Below, piece by piece: positions 24,189-34,720 of a DNA stretch of 64,000 nt (position 1 is its first letter; each line of letters begins with the position of its first letter). This DNA is from Chiloscyllium plagiosum (taxonomy: Eukaryota): assembly GCF_004010195.1 (NCBI RefSeq), contig NC_057710.1:137336503-137400502 (forward strand), in the 5' to 3' direction. A program made the translations under genes and the position numbers. Below the pieces are notes generated by a model. That model saw nothing but the letters and a program-made list of their open reading frames with translations, had not been told where the DNA came from and did not search any database.

Positions 24189-25384
24189 CTAAATGCAGAA
24201 CAGAGTTTGACTGCAAACAATTGTGTGAGAGTATCCAGTCGAGACATAGTAATAAATCAAATAGAATACTGTAAAAAAAAACAAAAATTGTAGCAGGCCA
24301 CTGATCAAATGATAGCTGCGATTTCCAATATGCCACAACTGCTTGTCTCCCTACATTACGGGCTCTAGCAAATCTTGTGGGTTAGGCTAATTTAAATATT
24401 AATGGTGGACTCCCAGGTGGGCTCAAGGTGGTTGGGGACAGGGAGCAGAAGGAAATTGTTCCAACCTTACTGAAGCAAAGTTTTAATTTTTCTTGGCACG
24501 GCATGAAACGTTTTAATTAAAATGCCATTCAAGACAGTCACATTTAGCAGTACAATGAATTGCATTCAATTACTGTGAAGAATGAATGTATCTAAAACAG
24601 AGAAAAAAAGACACACAGCATAAGCAGATGGTCCGTCAAATCTGTTCCATATTTTTGCTGCATTTAAAGATCAGAAAATCTTTAAACTGCTGCAACCCAG
24701 CAACGAGCGGCCATATCACCTTTCATGAGCAAGAAAAGCTTGGAAACTATACCAATTCAAAAGGGAAGAGAGGAAATTTAGGGAATTTTGAAGGTGACAA
24801 AAATGAGGGTTGGGATCCCTCAGGCAGCATGAGGAATTTCATACAACATCCCACATAAATTCCCTGAGTTGAACCTCGGCTGGGAAATTGCCAACTTCTT
24901 TCTGCACTGCCAGAGTAGACCTACAGTAACTGCACAATAACCTGTTTCAGAGGTTCCAGCCTCTTTTTACATCGAACCCAGTTGTCTGCTTAAATAACTG
25001 ATGCACGTCTTTAGGTTCTCCTCAACCAAATGTAATACAAACTGTCTAACTACACAGACATGTCGAGTCCCTTCATTACTTTAAGAAGGCTCAGTTAATG
25101 CCCTGAGACACATAATGCTTTAAAAGTTTAATTGCAGAAATTACATAAGCAATACTAGACTTTTTCAAATGTCTTTCATACATTGTTCTCAAATAGATCC
25201 TAATGTTCAACTTGTGTTGTGAAATTAAAAAGTTAAAATTATTTCAATTTATCTGATAATTTCTCCTCTCGTGCCTACCCATGCTTCTCATGCTTCCTAG
25301 TGATGGACAATGTAGGGACAGGCCATAAGAAAGCAAAGAATGGAAGCTGTCAGAGAGCAATAGCATTTGTCACTTGATAATTTA

Positions 25385-25640
25385 AGAATATAAAAATAGA
25401 TTCAACAGTGGGCTATTTGGCCCTGCAAGCTTACTCCACTATTCAAAGCAACAATAGCTAATCTGATTGCGACCTTAACTCCACTTTCCCGACTACCTTC
25501 CATTACCCTGGACTCTCATGTAGTCCAAAAATGTACCTCAGCCATGAATATACACAATGACCCATCTTCCACTGCTCTGTGTGGAAAGTAACTCCAAAGG
25601 TTAACATGCTGAGCGAACAAATACCTCCTCACCTTAGTTA
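25385..25640 (-). mobile_element. Old CR1 3' fragment
   Basis: ggccctgcaagcttactccactattca...ccttaactccactttcc...ccactgctctgtgtggaaagtaactccaaagg. Confidence 0.6.
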
Positions 25641-26369
25641 TGCAGTTTGCTACAGTCACAAACAATTTCTAATAAATTTATCAAATCCCTTTCACAAAAC
25701 CATCTTGACTCTCATTGATTGTATTTTGACTTTTTACATGTCTTGCTACTACAGTCTTAACCATGAAATTCTTCATGCTCCCACTGATGCCTTATTGTTA
25801 TATAACTGGCCTACAGCTTCCTGTTTTCTATCTCCCTTGATGGTAGATGGGCATCATTGCTAGCCAGGTTGCCAAGCTCAAAATGCATCTAGTTGCATGG
25901 CTGAGGCAGAGGGACTGAAAATGTCAAAGATCAACCTTTCATTTTTCACTTAAATTTTTTGCCTTTATCTTTAAACAATAACTCTGTCAAGCATACAATG
26001 CAAAAAAACAGCTAATATTGAAGAATATTCAACAGAAAAAATCAAGCATAAATAAAAAACGTAAAATAAAAATGTAAAATATGAGAAAACGAAGTGCTAA
26101 AAGCAAAGGCCTTGCGACTGTTAAAGTCATTAAAATTAGTTATTTAAGTTACAAATAATTAATTTGGCAGATCACACATGCTAAGCATAGTAATTGTACT
26201 TAATTAGCACATGTTAGACAAGATAGCAGTAATGACCTTTGCCTCAGCTCTACAATAAGGGAAAAGGAAATGAACCAGGGTTTGTGTGTGGAATTTCTAT
26301 CTAGTCCACTTATTCGACAGTTTTAGGCAGATACGCAACATCTAAAAGCCAACCAAAACTCCCCTTTCT

Positions 26370-26690
26370 GTTATGGTCTTATTTACAACTTTCTGTTGTG
26401 GAGCAATACATAATGCGAGCTCACAGTTTTAGGAGAAAGGGTAGCAAATTTAAGAGAGAGGAGGAGAAATTACTTGTCTCAAAAAGGTGTACTGCTGCAA
26501 TTTATTACCCCAGAGTGCAGTGGACAGCACAACATTGAGCAAATTTAAGGAAGTGTTAGATAGACTTTTAAATTAGCAATAGTTGAATTGTGGGAAGGGA
26601 AACTGGGGTTGATGCCAACATGACATCAGTCATGATCATAATGAATGGCAGAACAAACTCAAGTTGTCTACTCCTGCTCGTAGTTCTCAT
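26370..26690 (+). mobile_element. Old CR1 3' fragment
   Basis: gaggaggagaaattacttgtctca...ttaccccagagtgcagtgga...aatgaatggcagaacaaactcaag. Confidence 0.6.
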
Positions 26691-26706
26691 AAGGTTCTCC
26701 TTTCAT

Positions 26707-27062
26707 GTTTTTTTGTAAATATATTTATTAGCAAATTTTTTTTAAACTTTACAAACATATAAAATTATTGAAAAATACAATCAAACAAATATCAGTATAA
26801 TAAAAAAGAAAAAACAAAATTACAATACAACTACTGTCTACTAACTATTAACCTACCCTATAATACAAAACGAATCCTAACACTGTGCAAAGCAACACCA
26901 AAACAAAAGAAAGAAAAGCAAAAAACCCACAAAATACAGAACAGCTATGATGGGCGCAAACCTCCCAAACAAAGGAACGGGAGCATTGTATATGTACCCA
27001 TATTAGCTCAGGAGACCCCCTCCAGAGCCCAGGGCTTGTCCAATCTAACCATCCTGGTTAAA
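26707..27062 (-). mobile_element. 5'-truncated L1/Tx1-like 3' end with poly(A)
   Basis: On minus ends aataaatatatttacaaaaaaa; T-rich 3' UTR; flanked by ctccttt(c/t)at at 26697-26706 and 27063-27072. Confidence 0.6.
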
Positions 27063-27305
27063 CTCCTTTTATTTTAGCTCCTCTTTAATTTGGTTTAAGT
27101 AGTTTCCTACTTCATTGTCAATGAGAAAAGAATACGGACAAAAGGCATTGTATAACAATTTAACAAAGGAATATTCTATATAAAAACAATTTATTCGTTT
27201 TAAAATTTAATACAAAGTGCATTGTAACAAGATCTTGTAATGTATTTTTGATTTTTTTTTTGTTAAAACAACTTAGTTCAAAGCTACTGATTTATTATAG
27301 AACCT

Positions 27306-27655
27306 TTTATAGAATCCCCTCAGTATGGAAACAGGCTATTCCACCCAACAAATCCAAAACAACTCTCCGAAGAGCATCTCATCCTGACCCACCCCCCAAC
27401 TCTATCTCTGTAACTCTGCATTTCTCATGGTTAATGCATCTAACCTACACATCCCTGAACACCACGGGTAATTTAGCATGGCCAATCCACCCAATCTGCA
27501 CATCTTTGGATTGTGGGCAGAAACCGGAGCAACCAGCAGAAAAGCACGCAGACATGGACAGAACATGCAAACCCCACACAGTCTCCCAAGGCTGGAATTA
27601 AACCCAAGTCCCTGGAGCTGTGAGGAATCAGTGTTAACCACTGAACCACCATGCC
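27306..27655 (-). mobile_element. HE1-type V-SINE
   Basis: Head, V-domain and tail on minus strand. Confidence 0.88.
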
Positions 27656-27905
27656 AATTTAACAGAACTACAGTAATTATTGGAAACAAAAGACATTCAA
27701 AATGTCATAAAGATACATGTAACATTTTTTAAATGCTCTAAATCTTAAGGTAGGAAAATTAGCCAAGCTAAATTGCCTATAATGTTCAGGGATGTGCAGG
27801 TTGGGTGGATTAGTCAGGAGAAATGTAGAGTAATAGGGGAATGATTGAAACTTTATTGCTGGAACAGCACAGCAGGTCAGGCAGCATCCAGGGAACAGGA
27901 GATTC

Positions 27906-27933
27906 GACGTTTCGGGCACAGGCCCTTCTTCAG
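27906..27933 (-). ncRNA. Minimal hammerhead ribozyme motif (PLE family A)
   Basis: Minus strand ATTC-CTGAAGA-A-GGGC-ctgt-GCCC-GAAA-CG-TC-GAAT: intact core, 4-bp stem I and 4-bp stem II. Confidence 0.8.
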
Positions 27934-28618
27934 GAATGAGCAGATAGAAGCAACTGAACCTTGTGGAATATCACCGTAGCAATCAGTAAGACGACAAAAA
28001 ATGTACACCTGTACATCTGCAGTGGTTTACAAGCCCTTGGATTTAGAATTTTATTATGTTCTCTTGGGTTATATTTCTAAAATTCAAATTGGTAATGCTT
28101 CCGGTCATGTAAATCCACAACAGTACAAGGCATATTTGTCATATATGTATGTCAAATGAAGTTGACAGGTGGATGTGTTTTTTGTACATAATGGACTTGT
28201 TAACCATAGCATTTAAATATCTTCAGCATGGAATTAAGATCAGCTAGAATCATGGCCATTTTTAATTACTTTTAATGCTACTTTTACTGAGTTTCTTGTA
28301 TAGCTTCAGTTGAAATTACTGTAGGTAGTTGGAATAATATTTAATTGTAGTAAAACATCAGAGTACCGTATCATTAACGCTTCTAAAAATGAAAGTAATA
28401 AACAGACTTTGGAATCAGAGAAAATATTTAAACATAATTGTTTTAAAAACAATTTTTTCCTGACCTGCAGTCTTCTTCTTGACCTCTCCGCCTCCATCCT
28501 ACTCCGACCTATCACCCTCACCTTGACCTCTTTCCACCTATCACATTTCCAACGCCCCTCCTCCAAGTCCCTCCTCCCTACCTTTTATCTTCTCCTGCTG
28601 AACACTCTCTGCTCATTC

Positions 28619-28646
28619 CTGAAGAAGGGCCTGTGCCCGAAACGTC
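28619..28646 (+). ncRNA. Minimal hammerhead ribozyme motif (PLE family A)
   Basis: CTGAAGA-A-GGGC-ctgt-GCCC-GAAA-CG-TC; first base of the stem I 3' strand is mutated (caat rather than gaat). Confidence 0.7.
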
Positions 28647-29021
28647 CAATCTCCTGTTCCCTGGATGCTGCCTGACCTGCTGTGCTGTTCCAGCAATAAA
28701 GTTTCAACTTTGATCTCCAGCATCTGCAGACCTCACTTTCTCCCCTAATAGGGGAATGGTTCTGGTTGGGATACTCTTCAGAGGGTTGGTGTGGACTTGT
28801 TGGGCCAAATGGCCTGTTTCCACATTGTAGAGATTCTATGATTCTATGAACCTGAAATACTTGAATAACTAAAGATTATTTGTAAATTTTAGTGTTTACT
28901 CGATAGATTTGTCAATACAGGGTAAATTACACAGGGCTGTCGATTAAACTCAAACAAACATGCACCATGCATTTTCTTTCATATTCACTGCCTTGGGAAA
29001 AAAAAAGAAAATATCCCCTAC

Positions 29022-29741
29022 CTGCACTTGTCTGGCTATTTGGAGAGGAAACAGTAACAGGCGGATTGGTAACAGGCCCTGCTGATGTTGTCATCGAAGC
29101 TCTGGATAAGGGTTGCCAAGACACAGCAGCATCGCCAGCAGGATAAGGCTGAAACGATGCTTGAATGGGTCTCTGCCCAGTTTCAGGCAATGGTTTCACA
29201 TGACCGGGTAAAACACCAACTAAAGGCTGTCTGGTAGCAGGATGAATAGTCTGTGAGGTTAAATGAGTATTGTACTGGGTACTGAAAACAGGCATTGCAT
29301 GATAAGAGAAGCCAGGATTAGAAGAATTGGGGGGAATACCCTGAGTAGTATTTTGAGAAGGTACGCTGTAATGAACTTGACCAGGATAGTGTCCAAGATT
29401 TGGAACATAACCAACTTGCAGAGGAGTGCTTACAAATGCAGGGTCAAACTGAGGGCTGGCAGTGATCAAATTAGGACCCAAGGGAAGTGCAGTGTGCATC
29501 TGACCAGGTCCTTGAGGAGCACCCAAGGATGTAGGACATAAAGAAGGTCTGACAACGTTGTGGACAGGTGCCTGGTAGTTATTCTGGTAATAAGTAAAGT
29601 TGTATAGTCCAGCCGTGGGGGCAAGTGGTGCTTTACTTGGCACTTGCTGATGACATTCTGGAGCAGTACTGCTGTTCTGCAGAGGTGCTCCATGTCCAGT
29701 CGAGAGAGGCTGCTGCATAGACAATAAATTCGGTGTAGAGC
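29022..29741 (-). CDS. SEC24B: SEC24B large internal coding exon (probable exon 2; Pro/Gln/Ser/Tyr-rich disordered N-terminus)
   Basis: Acceptor tttcctttttcttttcag|GC, donor GCAG|gtaggg; 720 nt open frame, phase 1-1, GSTPNLLSMQQP...SPNSQTSA(G); size and composition fit the large second exon of SEC24A/B genes; splices in frame to the two downstream exons. Confidence 0.88.
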
Positions 29742-29964
29742 CTGAAAAGAAAAAGGAAATATCACTATAGCAAATGTTCATGAAATAATAATTAAGTTAC
29801 AAATTCTAATTTGTGAGAAATCATATCTTGGTAAATGTATCAAAAAGGTGTATTTGTATTTTTGCTATGATAAGTCCAACATGAGAGTCTTTTCTTCCTA
29901 AGTTTACAGCTCCCAAATGTTAACTATACACCATTGCATTCCAAAAATAATTTGCTGCTGAGCC

Positions 29965-30370
29965 ACCAATGCTTGTGGCACAGGGATAGCCCTCTTGCCT
30001 TTGAATCAAAAAATTTTGAGTTCAAGTCCCAGAGACTTGGGCACATGATCTATCTCAGCTGACACGCCAGTGCAATACTGAATCAGCACTGAACTGGTGG
30101 AGATGTCATGCTTTGGATGAGATGTTAGACCAAGGCTATACATGCACCCTCTGGTGTTTATAAAACTCCCATGGTACTATTCAAGGAGAGGTAGGGATTC
30201 TCCACATTGCCTTGAGCAATATTTATCCCTCAAACACCATCACCGAAATCATATAATTTGTTTGTCTCTTCATTATATTTGGAACTAAAGTCTACACAAC
30301 ATTCTTTACAATGTAGTTCTTTGGGATGTTTTAGGGTTATGAATTGCATTCTGTAACAGAAGTCTTTGCT
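29965..30370 (+). mobile_element. Deu-domain SINE (SacSINE1/AmnSINE1-like)
   Basis: tRNA-like head gagttcaagtccc, Deu core ggagatgtcatgctttggatgagatgttagaccaagg...cccatggtactattcaaggagag...caatatttatccctcaa, L2-like tail. Confidence 0.75.
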
Positions 30371-30589
30371 TCTTCTCTACATTAGTGATAAAAGACACCA
30401 AACCAATGCAACAAAATTTTAAAATTAATTCAAAATCTCCATACCCTGCAACTATCCAATTGCAATATCTCAAATTTAAAACTCCAAATACCTAATTTCA
30501 GTAGCAGAAGCTGTAGAGAACTTGGGCACAATTAGCACTAAAACAAATAGGATGGATTCTGGTCCTACAGCAAAGCTATCTCACAACTG

Positions 30590-30770
30590 AAAACAAAATA
30601 CGCTGGATGCTGGAGAAACTCAGCAGGTCTGGCACTATCTATCTGTTGTATCATTTCTGAAGACAAATTATTGAACTTGAAATATTAATTTTGCTTTTCT
30701 CTCTCTGCAGGTGCTGCCAGATCTGCTCAGTTTCTGCAGCAGATTTTATTTTTGTTTCAGATTTCCATCA
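30590..30770. mobile_element. Old fold-back PLE terminal repeat with decayed hammerhead
   Basis: Inverted arms gctggagaaactcagcaggtctggca / tgccagatctgctcagtttctgcagc around ctgaagac...cttgaaatatt. Confidence 0.6.
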
Positions 30771-31099
30771 TGTTTTTACATCTATCTCTTGACTTCTGAC
30801 CTTAGTCCTACTACTAAATTTAAGACATGATTCTGATCTCAAGGGCTACATAATGACTTTATAAAATATTATGAAATAAACTGCATTTTATTGTAACAGC
30901 CCCTACTAACTCTCTTCCTCATCAAAAAGGATTGCATAGCAATCTGCCAGAGCTAATAAAGAAGCTGGACAGTATACAGCCTTTAACTGTTCAGGAGTGT
31001 ACAGGCCTGTTTGTAAGACGTCCCAGGTGCTTCTGTGGGATCTCATGCACCATAATTACATCAACGAGCCGACTAATGTTATTATGGCACCTTGGCAAG

Positions 31100-31427
31100 A
31101 GATTAGATTAGATTCCCTACAGTGTGGAAACAGGCCATTTGGCCCAACAAGTCCACACCAACCCTCCAAAGAGTAGCCCACCCAGACCGACTCCCCTACC
31201 CTATATTTACCCTTGACTAATGCACCTAACACTATGGGCAATCTAGCACAACCAATTCACCTGACCTGCACTTCTTTGGATTGTGGGAGGAAGCCAGAGC
31301 ACCCGGAGGAAACCCATACAGACACAGGGAGAATGTGCAAACTCCACACAGACAGTGCCCCGTGATGGAAATCGAACCCGGGTCCCTGGCGCTGAGAGAC
31401 AGTGGTGCTAACCACTGACCCACTATG
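31100..31427 (-). mobile_element. HE1-type V-SINE
   Basis: Near full-length reverse complement of 17811-18130. Confidence 0.92.
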
Positions 31428-31475
31428 CAGAAGGATGACCACAGATAGGAGATGGAAGAGGTAACATTTTGGGTA

Positions 31476-31760
31476 CAGGTAGTTCTCCTAAAACACTTGT
31501 TTATTAAACGCGGTTTCTCTGTAATGTGATTTGTGAATTGCCGACATTTTTTTGATAAAGCGAACACCTGTTCGCTGTTATGCGATTCTGACCCCGGGCA
31601 CTAGATGTCGCAGTGGACTCTGCGTTGGCATCACGTGGCTTGTGTGCTTTCTCGTGAAGAGCTTTGCGTAAAGTATTGTGAAATGTTTGTGCTAGTGGAC
31701 TTGGAAAAAGCATTGTGAAAATGGTTCTACAGCCTGAGGACAAGAAGCTGGGAGCAATCT
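31476..31760 (+). mobile_element. Possible Tigger/pogo-type DNA transposon end
   Basis: ta|caggtagttctcc resembles the MITE terminus ta|cagtctgttctg; locally CpG-rich; other end not found. Confidence 0.4.
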
Positions 31761-31899
31761 GTTACATTAAAAATTTAAAATTGAGATGAGTGTAAAATTT
31801 CAATGGAATTGACTATCAGTAAAAGGATAGCGTTGAAGAGCAGTTTGAAACTTGGCTTTGTCATTTCAATTAAGAGCTTTTTTTCTGTCTTTTCATTTA

Positions 31900-32790
31900 A
31901 AAATATGTTTAAATGCTAAAGAATTTCTGCAAACTCACGGGAATCTGTTTCAGTGACTAATCACTATGCTAATCAACCATGAAAAAAAAATACCAGTACA
32001 GGAGCCTGGACATGGTCAGTCAGCTGCTCAGGGTGGTCAGAGTCAGGAAACTCTGCATATAGTGGGCGAGGGAAAGAGAAGTGGGTGGCAGACTTACTTC
32101 TGGTACATTTGCAGAGATGTCCGAGGGGGTGAGTCAGCTGTGCAGAAGAGATTCAGGGTTAGTCGGGGTCAGATGTCAGTGAGGATGGGAATGGGGAAGA
32201 TGTTGCAGGAAATGGTGGGTTCAGTAGCAGAGACAGAGTGAGTGTTAGGTATCAATGAGAAGACGGTGGCAATTTCACTGGCAGAGTGGAGAAGGTCATT
32301 GATCTTCTTCCTACATTGTGTGCATTCCTTCAGATGGTTGAGACAGCACTGGCCTGGATGGTAAGCATGATCCAGGTTGGCATGGTTCCAGTAGAATGGT
32401 ATCCTCTGTTGGCCTGGGAGAAAAGGAATGTCCTACCTCTGCACAACCCATCCCCAGCATCTCCATGTCCCTACCCACAAACAGAGGCACCAATTTTCCA
32501 CTGTCTGCCACGTCCAGGGCAAATGTCAGGAACCATGCATGGCAGCTCCAGACTGACAGCTCTTGTCTGAGCGCACAATATTGTTTTAAAAATGGTGCTG
32601 CACCACAGATTTTGGTCAATTCTGGGATATCCAGGACATGGAGAGTTGCTTTGGAAGTGGCACACAATATGATGGTGCTAGAATGTGTCAGAGGGTCACC
32701 AAAGGGTGGGGTAGGTAATAAATCAGGCGGGTTATGTAAAATAAGGTGATAGACATCCCCAAGCATCATGATGTGAAATCCTCCAAATAT
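31900..32790 (-). mobile_element. PIF/Harbinger relic with Myb/SANT-like ORF remnant
   Basis: Minus 32280-32480 reads, across a frameshift, PTWIMLTIQASAVSTI*RNAH-CRKKINDLLHSA, matching the RTxxQCRKKxNDL SANT motif. Confidence 0.6.
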
Positions 32791-33989
32791 TTTGACAAAA
32801 CTGACACTTACTGAAAGAAATTAAGATTCAGCCCTTGATCTATCAAGGCAGGTTTCATTCTGGGATCTGACTTGTGCAGTGTTATCATTGGATGGGATCA
32901 GAAGACTGGTTAGAATGTAGTGCAGCCAGCTGGTATAGATGCCAATCGAGAGTAATCAGCTGAAGATTCTGATGAATTGCACCATACAGTACTATATTTG
33001 GACTGTGCGCAAGTTTGTGTTAGGCTAACTACTGTTTTTGTTTCAATTTTTACTGGTATTTTTGCTGGTTCGCCCAGAACCCTATTTTTCCCAGAGGCCC
33101 TTTCCTTTCTATTGTATGATTTTCCATAACATGGCATCACACAGGATCGTGACAACTCAGTTATAGGAGAACTACCTGTACCTGCCCTTTAATAAATGTA
33201 CAGATGTAACTGAATGAATGATTGATATGAAATACCCTCCAGGCCCTAAAAATAAAGTATATAAAGAAACAGTAGGGTTCTTGTGACAATGTGGTAGTGT
33301 CCCTACATCTTTGCCAGAAGACCAATTCAAAATCCACCTGTGCCATATTAGTGTTATAGCTTGTCTGAACATGTTGTTTGAAAACATATATTAAAAAACT
33401 CAAGAAGCAAAAAGCACAGGCAAAGGGAGAAGGCTCTTTAGGATTTCCAGCTTAAGTTTAATGTCAGCCTAAAGTTGTGGTAGGGGTCATTACGCAGGCA
33501 TTAGAAAGCAGGCCCTTCTGTGCCCAATTTGTGATCAATAGATGCTCATAGCAGTCTCAGGTCATGTATTCACTATGTTTAATCTGCTTGTGCTATATTT
33601 GAACTGTTGCTTCTCAAAAACTACTTTAAGCCACTTGTGACTCCAACTGTTTTGATTAGTCTGTTACTACAGATTAAAATGTTTCAGTGTTCTGAAGTAA
33701 GAAAAACAGAGGTAGGAGTTAGAAGCCATGATTTATTTGGTTTGTAGAGAATGAAAGTTATTTGATCAGAAAGGACAAAACAAAATTGAGCGAAGCCAGA
33801 AGTATAACAGTGTTGACGGTTCACTGGAGTAGTTGATAGATAGATAGCCTGTCTTAGCAAATCAGCTTACCTGGGGCGAAAGATGTCCAGAGAATTTTTA
33901 CATAGAGTTAGAAGAGGACACAAGCCACAGAATCAGATCAGTCAGGCCAAACAGTCCTTGCTAGGGTTTATACTCTCGGTAAAAACAAT

Positions 33990-34720
33990 GACTGCAGACT
34001 CTCCTCCCATCTTTTCTTATTGAAATCAACAATCACCAAACCCATTCCGTCTCCTTTAAAAGCTTGTTGAGCTTCCTCTCAAATGCTATTCACTTTAGTC
34101 ACTCTTTCTGGTAGCAAGTTCCACATACTCTTATCACTCTACATAAATAAGTTTCTCCTGAGTTGGATTTCTCAGTGACTACCGATAGCCTGAATAGTCG
34201 TGCTGTTTCCCCACAAGACGATACATTTGTTCCATCTCTATCTAAACTTCTTATAGTTTTAAAAAACCTCTAATATTTCACTCTTCAATTTCATTGTTTT
34301 CCAAGAGAGAATAGACCCAGTCTGCCAATCATTGCCTGATATGTAGACCCATACATTTCTGGTACCATCTTTGCAAATCATCTCCACATCTTCTCCAGTA
34401 TCAGTACAGTCTGTTCTGATATATCTTGATATTTTCATTCCAGTGCGATCCCGCATTATAAGAAAATCGTATAATAGCAGCACCATTTAAACTATTGGGA
34501 TCGGAATCGCATTTTAGTCAATACAGGTAAGGAAAGTTTGTGCTCTATAAATAATGGTCTAAATTCTTCAATCGCATTATTGCCAATTCATGTTGAAGTA
34601 ATGTGAATTATAACAGAACCGATTATATATTCTCTGTACCATAGTGACCAAAATGGCACACAGTATTTGTGCGGTCCATCCAAGGTGCAATACAAATTAA
34701 GCCTAAACTTTTTATTCAAT
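33990..34720 (-). mobile_element. Old CR1 3' fragment interrupted by a MITE
   Basis: CR1 RT C-terminal remnant on both sides of 34407-34625. Confidence 0.6.
34407..34625 (+). mobile_element. Tc1/mariner-pogo-type MITE, copy 2
   Basis: ta|cagtctgttctgatata ... tataacagaaccgatta|ta; colinear with 892-1109. Confidence 0.72.

Larger units (their letters stand above)
27844..28745 (+). mobile_element. PLE family A insertion with inverted arms enclosing unrelated DNA
   Basis: 13-bp TSD taataggggaatg (27831-27843, 28746-28758); 100-bp inverted arms 27845-27944 and 28608-28707 with one mismatch; PLE terminal repeat 28459-28745. Confidence 0.88.
27745..28850 (+). mobile_element. 5'-truncated V-SINE split by a PLE insertion
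   Basis: SINE sequence 27745-27843 resumes at 28746 and ends in gattctatgattctatga. Confidence 0.85.
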
